64,000 nt of DNA, taken from assembly GCA_964016885.1 (NCBI GenBank), contig OZ024756.1, positions 3,534,001 to 3,598,000 on the forward strand. The letters run 5' to 3'. The DNA comes from Eledone cirrhosa (taxonomy: Eukaryota). The translations under genes were made by a program, and so were the position numbers. Under the pieces are notes generated by a model. It saw nothing but the letters and a program-made list of their open reading frames with translations. It was not told the origin of the DNA and searched no databases. Positions 27,183 to 41,800 of this stretch are shown here, piece by piece (within the stretch, counting starts at the first letter, position 1; every line of letters begins with the position of its first letter).

Positions 27183-28378
27183 AGGCGAATTGGCAGAGTC
27201 GGTAGCACGTCGGATAGAATGCTTGTGGCATTCATTCTGGCTCTCTACACTCTCAGTTCAAATCCTCCCGAGGTCAACTTTGCCTAAAATGTACCAGTCT
27301 AATACTGGGGTCGATTCTTCATCTCATATATTTTTCACTTCCATCCTCTCCTCCTCTCTATCCTACTCTGGAAGAAATCTGCTCTACTCAGACCTGGAGA
27401 GGAGATGAGCTAATGGTTTCGTATCTAGACACAAGGCCAGCAATTTTGGCAAAGGGGAAAGTTGATTAAATCGACGCCCAGTGCGTGACTGGTACTTTAT
27501 TTTATCGACCCCGTAAGGACGTAAGGCAAAGTTAACCTCGACGAGATTTGAACTCAGATAATATGGGCGGTAACTCTATGCTACAAAGCATGGTGTCGGA
27601 CTCACTACCGATACTGCCAACTCACTACCACACCAGGTTTAATAATGCCCTAGGAACGTTGTACTTCAATGAGGTGCCCCTGAGATTTCCTAAGGTGTTA
27701 CGGGATAAAGACAAGAGATATACAACTACAACGACTTTATTTTCTAACGTGTGAAAGAGTGTTAAGACTAATATATGCTAATTTTTGTAACAACCACGAA
27801 TGACCATTCAAAATTTAGCTTCGTTTACAAAGCTGACCGTACCAGGCAAGGATGTCGAAAGTTTTAAAATATTTCGAGATGTTGAAAGCTGTGTTGAGAG
27901 ACCGTTAGTCGTCTCCCATCATGAATTTCGTCGCTTTTTCTCTGAATTTCACCATTAAAAACTTCAAAATGTACCGAAAATTGGAAATTACTTGTTTCAT
28001 TTGTTTTGACATTATATATTTGCATGCTTTGCAGCAAAGAGTTACGGCCCTTTATGGTCTGAGTTCAAATCCTGCCGAGGTTAACTTTGCCTTTCATCCT
28101 TACGGGGTCGATAAAATAAAGTACCAGTAATGTACTGGATTAATTGCTGGCCTTGTGCCAAAAGTAGAAACAATTATTTATTTGTTATTTGTACAGATTA
28201 AATTTTAGGAACGAATCGGGGCTTCAGAAAAATCACATAAAAGAGTGAAAGCAGTGATTCTTTGCTTAAACTTTAGTTATAGTCTTGTAGAAGCCATTTC
28301 TATATCAAATATTACGTTTATACTCAACTAAAGTATTTAGTACCCTTTTAACTCTGATTACCCCCGATTAAACTCGGT

Positions 28379-28412
<34 letters not shown>

Positions 28413-28615
28413 TATATATATATATCAGGCGATGGATTGGCAGTATCGGTAGAGGGTCGGACGCCATGCTTTCCAGCATAGTTATGTCCCTTTACGATCT
28501 GAGTTCAAATCCCGCCGAGGTTGACTTTGCCTTTCATCCTTACGGGGTCGATAAAATAAAGTACCAGTAATGCACTGGGTAATTGCTGGCCTTGTACCTA
28601 AATTAGAAACAATTA
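27183..28615. mobile_element. Cluster of four T2 SINEs (about 27183+, 27410-, 28020+, 28428+) and a family C fragment (28210-28380)
   Basis: Matches to the T2 core; 28280-28380 matches 56308-56460. Confidence 0.8.
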
Positions 28616-28844
28616 TATATATATATCCGCTGTCTATTAAATAACTTTAATTACATTGGTAAATAAGAATAACAGATTATATACATAACCAATAGCATTG
28701 TATTAGTTACTTAATGAGCAGAGACCAATTTGGTAAAAACTTCGTGGAGAACATAAACAAATATAAACGGTCACTGTACTCCTCTGTTCTCTAGTTCAAT
28801 CATTAACAAGATGGCGGTTTCTGTACTTTCTCAGATGTTTACGT

Positions 28845-28879
28845 CATACACACACACACACACATACATATGGCTTCAC

Positions 28880-28925
<46 letters not shown>

Positions 28926-29101
28926 GTAGCTTCAAACACACATACACAAGCACACATATTTTCACACATACTTACACACACACACATATATATATAGCTT
29001 CACACACACATATACATACATACACACATACACACACATACACACATACACACACATACACACACATATATATATATATACACATACCGTGGGGGGTGGG
29101 C

Positions 29102-29139
<38 letters not shown>

Positions 29140-29810
29140 TATGTGTCTGAATCTCTCTCTCTCTCTGTCTGTGTGTGCGTATGTGTGTGTATGTGCGTGT
29201 GTATGTATATATGTGTCTGTGTGTTGGTGTGCGTATCTGTGTGTGGGTGTCTGGGTGTGTGTTTCTGTGTGTGTGTGTCTGTATGTGTGTATGTCTGGGT
29301 GTGTGTGTGTGTGTGTGTCTGTGTGTGTGGGCGTGTATGTGTCTGTGTGTATGTATGTGTGTGTGTCTGGGTGTGTGTGTCTGGGTGTGTGTGTATGTGT
29401 CTGTGTGTGTATGTGTCTGTGTGTATGTATGTGTGTGTGTATGTATGGGTGTGTGTGTATGTGTCTGTGTGTGTGTGTCTGTGTGTGTGTATGTCTGGGT
29501 GTGTGTATATGTGTGTGTGTGTGCGTGTATGTGTCTGTGTGTATGTATGTGTGTGTGTGTCTGGGTGTGTATGTCTGGGTGTGTGTGTATGTGTATGTGT
29601 GTGTGTGTTGTGTGTATGTATGTCTGGGTGTGTGTGTGTCTGTGTGTGTGTGTGTCTGTGTGTGTGTATGTCTGGGTGTGTGTGTGTCTGTGTGTGTGTA
29701 TGTCTGGGTGTGTGTATGTGTGTGTGTGTCTGGGTGTGTGTATGTGTCTGTGTGTGTGTGCGTGTATGTGTGTGTGTGTGTGTGTGTATGTGTGTCTGGG
29801 TGTGTGTGTG
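28845..29810. repeat. (CA)n then degenerate (TG)n/TGTCTGGG microsatellite
   Basis: Directly visible. Confidence 0.9.
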
Positions 29811-29934
29811 TCCATACTCCCCACATCCCTCATATACTGGCAACAAAACAGGATCAAATGCCAGTGTTGTACACAACGTAAGACGCCTACATTGGAAGCC
29901 ATGTCCACCCAAAAGTACACAATGGCTGCCAAAT

Positions 29935-31155
29935 ACACACACACATACATATATCTCACACGCTCTCACACATTATCACAAACACACACACACATACATA
30001 TATCTCTCTCACACTCTCACACATTATCACAAACACACACACACATACATATATCTCTCTCACGCTCTCACACATTATCACAAACACATACACACATACA
30101 TATATCTCTCTCACGCTCTCACACATTATCACAAACACATACACACATACATATATCTCTCACACTCTCACACATTATCACAAACATACACACATACATA
30201 TATCTCTCTCACGCTCTCACACATTATCACAAACACATACACACATACATATATCTCTCGCACACTCTCACACATTATCACATACATATACACACATACA
30301 TATATCTCTTACGCTCTCACACATTATCACAAACATACACACATACATATATCTCTCTCACGCTCTCACACATTATCACAAACACATACACACATACATA
30401 TATCTCTTACGCTCTCACACATTATCACAAACACATACACACACATATATATATATATCTCACACGCTCTCACACATTATCACAAACACACACACACATA
30501 CATATATCTCTCGCACACTCTCACACATTATCACATACATACACACATACATATATCTCTCTTACGCTCTCACACATTATCACAAACACATACACACACA
30601 TATATCTCTCTTACGCTCTCACACATTATCACAAACACATACACACATACATATATCTCTTACGCTCTCACACATTATCACAAACACATACACACACATA
30701 TATATATATCTCACACGCTCTCACACATTATCACAAACACACACACACATACATATATCTCTCGCACACTCTCACACATTATCACATACATACACATATA
30801 CATATATCTCTCTCTTACGCTCTCGCACATTATCACATACACATACACATATATATATATCTCACGCTCTCACACATTATCACAAACACATACACACACA
30901 TATATATATCTCTCACGCTCTCAAACATTTCACAAACACATACTTAACAACACATACACACACACATACATATCTCTCTCTCTCACACTCTCACACATTA
31001 TCACAAACACACACACATACATATATCTCTATCACGCTCTCACACATTATCACAAACACATACACACATACATATATCTCCCTCACACTCTCACACATTA
31101 TCACATACATACACACATACATATATCTCTCTTACGCTCTCACACATTATCACAA

Positions 31156-31187
<32 letters not shown>

Positions 31188-31626
31188 CTCACGCTCTCAC
31201 ACATTATCACAAACACATACACACACATATATATATATATCTCTTACGCTCTCACACATTATCACATACACACACACATACATATCTCTCTCTCACACTC
31301 TCACACATTATCACATACATACACACATACATATATCTCTCTTACGCTCTCACACATTATCACAAACACATATACACACATATATCTCTCTTACGCTCTC
31401 ACACATTATCACATACATACACACATACATATATCTCTCTCACACTCTCACACATTATCACATACATACACACATACATATATCTCTCTTGCGCTCTCAC
31501 ACATTATCACAAACACACACACACATATATATATATATATATCTCTCTTACGCTCTCACACATTATCACAGACACACACACACATATATATATATATATC
31601 TCTTACGCTCTCACACATTATCACAA

Positions 31627-31658
<32 letters not shown>

Positions 31659-32003
31659 CTTACGCTCTCACACATTATCACAAACACACACACACATACA
31701 CATATATATATATATCTCACGCTCTCACACATTATCACAAACACATACACACACATATATATATATATCTCACGCTCTCACACATTATCACAAACACACA
31801 CACACACATATATATATATCTCTCTCACACTCTCACACATTATCACAAACACACACACATACATATATCTCTCTCACGCTCTCACACATTATCACAAACA
31901 CACACACATACATATATCTCTCTCACGCTCTCACACATTATCACAAACACATACACACATACATATATCTACCTTACGCTCTCACACATTATCACAAACA
32001 CAT

Positions 32004-32062
<59 letters not shown>

Positions 32063-32648
32063 ACGCTCTCACACATTTCACAAACACATACTTAACAACA
32101 CATACACACACACATACATATCTCTCTCTCACGCTCTCAAACATTATCACAAACACATACACACATATATATATATATATCTCACGCTCTCACACATTAT
32201 TACAAACACATACACACACATATATATCTCACGCTCTCACACATTATCACAAACACATACATATATATATCTCACGCTCTCACACATTATCACAAACACA
32301 CACACATACATATATCTTTCTTACTCTCACACATTATCACAAACATATACACATATATATATATATATCTCACGCTCTCACACATTATCACAAACACACA
32401 CACACATACATATATCTCTCTTACGCTCTCACACATTATCACAAACACATACACACATATATATATATCTCTCACGCTCTCACACATTTCACAAACACAT
32501 AAACACATATATATATATATATCTCACGCTCTCACATATTATCACAAACACACATATATATATATCTCACGCTCTCACACATTTCACAATCACATACACA
32601 CACATATATATATATATCTCACGCTCTCATACATTATCACAAACAAAT

Positions 32649-32704
<56 letters not shown>

Positions 32705-33140
32705 CTCTTACACATTTCACAAACACATACTTAACAACACATACACACACACATACATAACTCTCTCTCACACTCTCACACATTATCACAAATACATACA
32801 CACATATATATATATATCTCACGCTCTCACACATTATCACAAACACACACACATACATATATCTCTCTTACGCTCTCACACATTAGCACAAACACATACA
32901 CACATATATATATATATCTCACGCTCTCACACATTTCACAAACACATACACACACATATATATATATATCTCACGCTCTCATACATTATCACAAACACAT
33001 ACACACACATACATATATATCTCTCACGCTCTCACACATTTCACAAACACATACTTAACAACACATACACACACACATACATATCTCTCTCTCACACTCT
33101 CAGACATTATCACAAACACACACACATACATATATCTCTC
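29935..33140. repeat. Variable-length (about 50-60 bp) minisatellite with internal microsatellites
   Basis: Anchor CTCTCACACATTATCACAAACAC repeated, with variable (CA)n(TA)n(CT)n spacers. Confidence 0.9.
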
Positions 33141-33221
33141 TAAGGTAAACATACACTATTTCTCTCTCTCTCTCTCTCTCTCTCATTCACTCGTGATATT
33201 TCATATACATACTCATAATCT

Positions 33222-33253
<32 letters not shown>

Positions 33254-33342
33254 CCGCACACACATACATACAAATATCTTTCTTACAAGCACACTATCTC
33301 TCTGAACCCGCATACACACACAAATAAACAGGCAATACTGTG

Positions 33343-33380
<38 letters not shown>

Positions 33381-33536
33381 TAAACAGGCAATACCGTGCT
33401 CCCCCACACACACACACACATACACACATATATATATACATAGAAATACACACAGTCGCACACATTTGTGGGTATAGTTTGGTATTGTTAGGTTTAGTGT
33501 AAACAATTATGTCGGATTTAATAGAGATTAACTGAG

Positions 33537-33582
33537 GCTTTGTTGAAATGGTCATAGTTTAAATATGGTGGCAGGGATGTGT

Positions 33583-33640
<58 letters not shown>

Positions 33641-33768
33641 CTTTGTTGAAATGGTCATAGTTTAAATATGGTGGCAGGGATGTGTGTGTATGTGGCTATA
33701 TGTGTGTGTGTGTGTGTGTGTGTGGCTTTGTTGAAACGATCATTGTTTAAATATGGTGGCAGGGATGT
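33537..33768. repeat. 45-bp unit x3 separated by (TG)n
   Basis: GGCTTTGTTGAAATGGTCATAGTTTAAATATGGTGGCAGGGATGT three times. Confidence 0.85.
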
Positions 33769-33803
33769 TGACGTTTGTATATAACTACATATATACCTAA
33801 TTT

Positions 33804-33921
<118 letters not shown>

Positions 33922-34370
33922 CTTGACAGAGAGAGAGTATATGTGTGTGGTTGTTTGTGTTTGTATGTGAGTGAGCGAGGGTGTGTATGTGTGTGTGTGT
34001 GTGTGTATTAGTTATTTGCAAATATTCACTTTTCTTTCGTCTGACTCTTTCTGGCACACATACACACACACCCTACTCCCTCACCACCTCTCTCATTGTG
34101 CACACACACACACACACAAATATAAGTGTGTGTGTGTATGTATATATGTGTGTTTGTATATATATAAGTGTTGTTTTTGTATATATATATATATATATGT
34201 TTGTTTATACATATATATATATATATATATTTGACATGTGTACGCGTCAATGTAAATATCTATAATAATAGTTGATCACTGTAAATAGTCATTGGTGATG
34301 GGATGTACACATTGAAACTTACACATTATCCTTATGATATTTAAATAAACCTTTCTGTACATACACACAT

Positions 34371-34417
<47 letters not shown>

Positions 34418-34577
34418 ATAACAGTAAATGTGAAGACTAAAATCCAAAGAGGGCTCGATAAGGATAAAGTTTAAGAAGATCCCGTTAAGGGTGAAAGCAC
34501 CGATTCTTTGCCTAAAGTTTAACCTGCTATTTTAATAAATATATATATATATATAATAACTATATATACATATATAT

Positions 34578-35185
34578 AATTGTTTCTACTTTAGGCACAA
34601 GGCCAGCAATTACACAGTGCATTACTGGTACTTTATTTTATCGACCCCGTAAGGATGAAAGGCAAAGTCAACCTCGGCGGGATTTGAACTCAGATCGTAA
34701 AGGGACGTAACTATGCTGGAAAGCATGGCATCCGACCCTCTACCGATACTGCCAATCCACCGCCTTTATATTATATATACATATATATAATTGTTTCTAC
34801 TTTTGGCACAAGGCCAGCAATTACCCAGTACATTACTGGTACTTTATTTTATCGACCCCTTAAGGATGAAAGGCAAAGTTAACCTCGGCGGGATTTGAAC
34901 TCAGTATGGCAAAGGCCGTAACTCTATGCGTCAAAGCATGGCGTCCGACCCTCTACCGATACTGCCAATCCACCGCCCTTAAGACCATATATACATATAT
35001 ATAATTGTTTCTACTTTAGGCACAAGGCCAGCAATTACCCAGTTCATTACTGGTACTTTATTTTATCGACCCCGTAAGGATGAAAGGCAAAGTCAACCTC
35101 GGCGAGATTTGAACTCAGATCGTAAAGGGACGTAACTATGCTGGAAATCATGGCGTCCGACCCCCTACCGATACTACCAATCCAC
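34578..35185 (-). mobile_element. Three head-to-tail T2 SINEs
   Basis: Copies start at about 34578, 34788 and 35002, each preceded by ATATATACATATATATA. Confidence 0.9.
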
Positions 35186-35265
35186 ATATATATAATGCTA
35201 GGTTTTTAGGGAAGTAATTTGGTTGGTTGGTGAATAAGTATAATAAATTTCGCGCCAGTAGGCGT

Positions 35266-35315
<50 letters not shown>

Positions 35316-35869
35316 TTACATATATATATATATATATGTGTGTGTGTGTCTGTGTGTGTCTGTGCGTGTCTGTGTGTGTCTGTGTGTGTGTGTACGTATG
35401 CAGACTTACATTTTTGTATCAGCTGTGCTAGGGCGAGAAATAAAATTCTAATTTTATTTATATATATATATATGTAATTCAAAATTTATTAAGACCAAAT
35501 ATTAGCATTTCACTGCATTAATTCAATTATCTTTTGCACTTATATAAGATCTTGGACTAAGGAAAATCTTCTAAACCTTTTCAAATATTTCTATGATCCA
35601 TAACAAAAAGCACTGCCATGTATCCTTTAAAAATTCCTTTTTGACAACCTTTGCTGTAACCAATTAACAGCTTTAACATATTTTAACACACTCGTAGAAC
35701 AAACACTGATAATTCTATGTTTTGCATATCTGAAAACATACTGAAGCCTATGCTTTGCACTTATAAAATTTATAAATCTGTCTTTTTTTAATGTACCATC
35801 ATTTGAACCCTCTATTATTCTTGATAATTTGTCTTAGATATTAATTTATTATGTTTTATTATATATACA

Positions 35870-36590
35870 GGGCAGTGGATTGGCAGTATCAGTAGAAGGT
35901 CGGACGCCATGCTTTCTAGCATAGAGTTACGTCCCTTTACGGACTGAGTTCAAATCCCTCCAAGGTTAACTTTGCCTTTCATCCTTACGGGGTCGATAAA
36001 ATAAAGTACCAGTAATGTACTGGGTAATTGCTGGCCTTGTGCCAAAAGTAGAAACAATTATATATATATATATCCTGAAAAGATACGGTTTGGGTAGAGC
36101 ACCCATAATGAAGTAAAAGTACTGATAGTATCCAGTTTCTTTTTGTCCACAAATGGATGGGATACTCTAACCGCATTTAAACATCCGTAGCGATGCATAA
36201 ATAAATAAATAGTAATAATAATGGTTTCTACTTTTTTGGCACAGGGGCAGCAATTACCCCAGTGCATTACTGGTACTTTATTTTATCGACCCCATAAGGA
36301 TGAAAGGCAAAGTGAACCTCGGCGGGATTTGAAGCCAGACCGTAAACGGCCGTAACTTTATGCAGCAAAGCATGATGTCCAACCGATACTGCCAATAAAT
36401 CGTAATAATTGTTTCTACTTTTGGCACAAAGCCAGCAATTACCCAGTGCATTACTGGTACTTTATTTTATCGCCCCCGTAAGCATGAAAGACAAAGTTAA
36501 CCTCGGCGAGATTTTGAACTCAGAATGGCAGGGACCGTAACTCTATACATCAAAGCATGGCGTCCGACCCTCTACCGATACTGCCAATCC
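35870..36590. mobile_element. Three T2 SINEs (35870+, 36220-, 36405-)
   Basis: Matches to the T2 consensus. Confidence 0.88.
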
Positions 36591-36774
36591 AGATCCTTGG
36601 TCTTATTGAATTAGGAATGTTAAATACTCTGCTCCTGGAACTGCCCTTTATTCATTGAGTTTCTGCTCCTGACGAACGAAGAGCTAAAAAATATGCATCA
36701 AGGTTATCTCCTCTTACCAATTAAAACATTGAAGTATTACACAGTAACCTCATATTATATATATATATATATAA

Positions 36775-37026
36775 TTGGTTTTGGGTGCTTAAAGCGTCCG
36801 TATGCGGTAGGCCGTATGGGCACTCGATGCCTTCGTAGAGCAGAGTATGATATCACAGAAAAAAGAGAATCTGCTTCGTAGAATCAAGACGTATCCGAGG
36901 ACCTCGCGATTTCAGAGTCAGGTTTGATCATCACATCGATCGTGCCTCGAGCTGATCGCGCGAGAAACAATTGTAATATGTCCAATAAATTTCTTTCGTC
37001 GCAACACTGATTCTCTTTTTTCTGTG

Positions 37027-37028
<2 letters not shown>
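36775..37028. mobile_element. Fold-back element family D in (TA)n
   Basis: Short inverted arms (36852-36871 and 37009-37028); homologous to 53645-53998. Confidence 0.75.
36888..36982 (+). ncRNA. Hammerhead ribozyme with U4-to-C change (probably inactive)
   Basis: GACGTAT-CCGAGGA-[long stem II]-GAAA-CAATTG-TA-ATATGTC. Confidence 0.6.
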
Positions 37029-37090
<62 letters not shown>

Positions 37091-37092
37091 AT

Positions 37093-37430
37093 AAGGTAAA
37101 CAGAAATAACAACACAGTCGGTACAGTAAGTGGAAGGAATATATTAGGTTAAACCTTGAAATAGCAGGAAGAGCGTCTTAACGTTTCGGGCGCTAGTCCT
37201 TCATCAGGAGAAAGAATGGGAAATAAGATAGATTGAAGAGACGGACGGTGTGTAATTAGAAAAGATGTCTTTAGATAAAAGTAACAGGTCCATTCATGTT
37301 GACATACGTAAAACAACACAGCACAGTGATAAAATAACGAAAATATATTTTTACGCGTCATGTAGTAGGAAAAGTGCCTTAACGTTTCGGGAATTCGTCA
37401 TTCACCAAAAGATAGAATCAGGAAGAAAAA
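37093..37430 (-). mobile_element. Penelope-like pLTR fragment, family F
   Basis: Reverse-complement homolog of 58565-58776; contains one hammerhead and a decayed second one at about 37376-37411. Confidence 0.75.
37176..37211 (-). ncRNA. Minimal hammerhead ribozyme
   Basis: Minus strand CTGATGA-AGGACTAGCGCCC-GAAACGTT-AAGA. Confidence 0.7.
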
Positions 37431-38091
37431 GAAACAGAAAGATAATGGAGAATGATAAAAGGAAGAAATAGGGAAATGTTTATGGAGAAAAAGTTCGTGT
37501 CTATTCAGAAGCACAGGTCTTAGTAATAAAACATATAAATATAAATGTTCAATTGCTAATACACTCTGATCTGTGGAGGTTGTTGTGTACATAAAGCAGT
37601 TTTCTAAATCCAGCCCTGGTCTATTCTATATTTATATATTTAGGGGTGTTAAGGCTGTTAGTGTACTAGCCGCAATTGAACGTTTCACACAATTATCATG
37701 GAATCTGCTATATGCACAGTACTTTTATGTTAATCTCCAAATATCAAAAAGGTTCTACAGATTTTAAAATATAGACCTTAGTAGATATGATCCCCAATTC
37801 GTAGTCATCCTAATGTAAAAGTAATGGTAAGAAACTCTCAGAAGATTTGAATAGGAGACGGTCTTCAAAGAGTTACAACCGTAAAAGGGTGTTTCTGCTC
37901 TTAACTTCTTACACTCTAATGGGGCCGGGTCGCACCCAGGTCACGACTCCTGGGTGTCTCTCTGTTGATATTTAGCCATTCAGACATCGAAGACTTGTCG
38001 TATATCCTAACAGTATAACGATTGTTGACAAGATTATTGACTGGGCCTCCAATACGTCACCTCTGCTTTCATATATTAATATATATTGCGA

Positions 38092-38878
38092 ATAATTGTT
38101 TCTACTTTTGGCACAAGGCCAGCAATTATATCAGTGTATTACTGGTACTTTATTTTATCGATCCTGTAAGGATGAAAGGCAAAGTTAACCTCGGCGGGAT
38201 TTGAACTCAGAATGGCAAGGGCCGTAACTCTATGCGTCAAAGCATGACGTCCGACCCTCTACTAATACTGCCAATCCAAATGATATACATGTATTTTGGA
38301 CCCAAGACCACATCCCTACTCATTGCTATCGGAGCGGAATTGGCTGCCCACAGGTGCGAGTCCCACGAGGTGGAGTAGTTGTTATAGCGTGTCCCCCTTG
38401 CAGTACTCCCTGCAATACAATATTCCATCCTGTTGGCCGGGACCCAGAATTGTAGGATAGTTATTCTCACGTTACACATTTCCTCTTCTCACCCCACCTT
38501 CACCCAGTTCTAAAAGGTTCTGGGATTCAGCGCCATCTACAATTCACCTTTAAACATCATAGTACATGAATCTCAGTACATAGAAACACATTCAAGTAAA
38601 TATATATTACATACAATGGTTTTTACATACAAGGCCAACAATTATTTGGTGGGAGAGTCAATTAAATTACCCCAGTACATAACTGGTGCTTATTTTATCC
38701 CCCCCCCCGGTAAGGATGAAAGGCAAAGCTAACCTCGACGGGATTTGATCTAAGGACGTAGAGGGCCGTAACTCTATGTCGTGAAGCAGGGTATCCGACC
38801 TAGTGTATTACTGGTTCTTTATTTTATCGACGCCGTAATGATGAAAGGCAAAGCTAATCTCGGCGTGATTTGAAGTCA
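38092..38878 (-). mobile_element. T2 SINEs (38092-38278, about 38615-38800, about 38803-38878)
   Basis: Matches to the T2 core; the last copy runs directly into the satellite. Confidence 0.8.
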
Positions 38879-41800
38879 GGAATGCTGTACTACCACTGCA
38901 GTCAGGGCTAAACAGTATCCAAGGAATGCTGTACTACCACTGCAGTCAGGACTAAACAGTATCCAAGGAATGCTGTACTACCACTGCAGTCAGGACTAAA
39001 CAGTATCCAAGGAATGCTGTACTACCACTGCAGTCAGGACTAAACAGTATCCAAGGAATGCTGTACTACCACTGCAGTCAGGACTAAACAGTATGCAAGG
39101 AATGCTGTACTACCACTGCAGTCAGGACTAAACAGTATGCAAGGAATGCTGTACTACCACTGCAGTCAGGACTAAACAGTATGCAAGGAATGCTGTACTA
39201 CCACTGCAGTCAGGACTAAACAGTATGCAAGGAATGCTGTACTACCACTGCAGTCAGGGCTAAACAGTATCCAAGGAATGCTGTACTACCACTGCAGTCA
39301 GGACTAAACAGTATCCAAGGAATGCTGTACTACCACTGCAGTCAGGACTAAACAGTATCCAAGGAATGCTGTACTACCACTGCAGTCAGGACTAAACAGT
39401 ATGCAAGGAATGCTGTACTACCACTGCAGTCAGGGCTAAACAGTATCCAAGGAATGCTGTACTACCACTGCAGTCAGGACTAAACAGTATCCAAGGAATG
39501 CTGTACTACCACTGCAGTCAGGACTAAACAGTATCCAAGGAATGCTGTACTACCACTGCAGTCAGGGCTAAACAGTATCCAAGGAATGCTGTACTACCAC
39601 TGCAGTCAGGACTAAACAGTATGCAAGGAATGCTGTACTACCACTGCAGTCAGGACTAAACAGTATCCAAGGAATGCTGTACTACCACTGCAGTCAGGAC
39701 TAAACAGTATGCAAGGAATGCTGTACTACCACTGCAGTCAGGACTAAACAGTATGCAAGGAATGCTGTACTACCACTGCAGTCAGGACTAAACAGTATCC
39801 AAGGAATGCTGTACTACCACTGCAGTCAGGACTAAACAGTATCCAAGGAATGCTGTACTACCACTGCAGTCAGGACTAAACAGTATGCAAGGAATGCTGT
39901 ACTACCACTGCAGTCAGGACTAAACAGTATGCAAGGAATGCTGTACTACCACTGCAGTCAGGACTAAACAGTATCCAAGGAATGCTGTACTACCACTGCA
40001 GTCAGGACTAAACAGTATCCAAGGAATGCTGTACTACCACTGCAGTCAGGACTAAACAGTATGCAAGGAATGCTGTACTACCACTGCAGTCAGGACTAAA
40101 CAGTATGCAAGGAATGCTGTACTACCACTGCAGTCAGGACTAAACAGTATGCAAGGAATGCTGTACTACCACTGCAGTCAGGACTAAACAGTATCCAAGG
40201 AATGCTGTACTACCACTGCAGTCAGGACTAAACAGTATCCAAGGAATGCTGTACTACCACTGCAGTCAGGACTAAACAGTATGCAAGGAATGCTGTACTA
40301 CCACTGCAGTCAGGACTAAACAGTATCCAAGGAATGCTGTACTACCACTGCAGTCAGGACTAAACAGTATGCAAGGAATGCTGTACTACCACTGCAGTCA
40401 GGACTAAACAGTATGCAAGGAATGCTGTACTACCACTGCAGTCAGGACTAAACAGTATCCAAGGAATGCTGTACTACCACTGCAGTCAGGACTAAACAGT
40501 ATCCAAGGAATGCTGTACTACCACTGCAGTCAGGACTAAACAGTATGCAAGGAATGCTGTACTACCACTGCAGTCAGGACTAAACAGTATGCAAGGAATG
40601 CTGTACTACCACTGCAGTCAGGACTAAACAGTATCCAAGGAATGCTGTACTACCACTGCAGTCAGGACTAAACAGTATCCAAGGAATGCTGTACTACCAC
40701 TGCAGTCAGGACTAAACAGTATGCAAGGAATGCTGTACTACCACTGCAGTCAGGACTAAACAGTATGCAAGGAATGCTGTACTACCACTGCAGTCAGGAC
40801 TAAACAGTATGCAAGGAATGCTGTACTACCACTGCAGTCAGGACTAAACAGTATCCAAGGAATGCTGTACTACCACTGCAGTCAGGACTAAACAGTATCC
40901 AAGGAATGCTGTACTACCACTGCAGTCAGGACTAAACAGTATGCAAGGAATGCTGTACTACCACTGCAGTCAGGACTAAACAGTATGCAAGGAATGCTGT
41001 ACTACCACTGCAGTCAGGACTAAACAGTATCCAAGGAATGCTGTACTACCACTGCAGTCAGGACTAAACAGTATCCAAGGAATGCTGTACTACCACTGCA
41101 GTCAGGACTAAACAGTATGCAAGGAATGCTGTACTACCACTGCAGTCAGGACTAAACAGTATGCAAGGAATGCTGTACTACCACTGCAGTCAGGACTAAA
41201 CAGTATGCAAGGAATGCTGTACTACCACTGCAGTCAGGACTAAACAGTATCCAAGGAATGCTGTACTACCACTGCAGTCAGGACTAAACAGTATCCAAGG
41301 AATGCTGTACTACCACTGCAGTCAGGACTAAACAGTATGCAAGGAATGCTGTACTACCACTGCAGTCAGGACTAAACAGTATGCAAGGAATGCTGTACTA
41401 CCACTGCAGTCAGGACTAAACAGTATGCAAGGAATGCTGTACTACCACTGCAGTCAGGGCTAAACAGTATCCAAGGAATGCTGTACTACCACTGTAGTCA
41501 GGACTAAACAGTATCCAAGGAATGCTGTACTACCACTGCAGTCAGGACTAAACAGTATCCAAGGAATGCTGTACTACCACTGCAGTCAGGACTAAACAGT
41601 ATCCAAGGAATGCTGTACTACCACTGCAGTCAGGACTAAACAGTATCCAAGGAATGCTGTACTACCACTGCAGTCAGGACTAAACAGTATGCAAGGAATG
41701 CTGTATTACCACTGCAGTCAGGACTAAACAGTATGCAAGGAATGCTGTACTACCACTGCAGTGAGGACTAAACAGTATCCAAGGAATGCTGTACTACCAC

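Noticed and set aside
29089-32502. 1137-aa ORF
   Set aside because: Translation of TG/CA micro- and minisatellites; stop-free because of composition, with no domain.
36669-36720. Partial hammerhead cores (CTGACGA here; also CTGATGA at 51750 and CTGAGGG at about 25218-)
   Set aside because: They lack a properly placed GAAA/stem III or a pairing stem I.
37900-38420. Possible ancient RT remnants on the minus strand (SEWLNINR..., GVLQG.DTL)
   Set aside because: Too short and frameshifted to support without a profile search.
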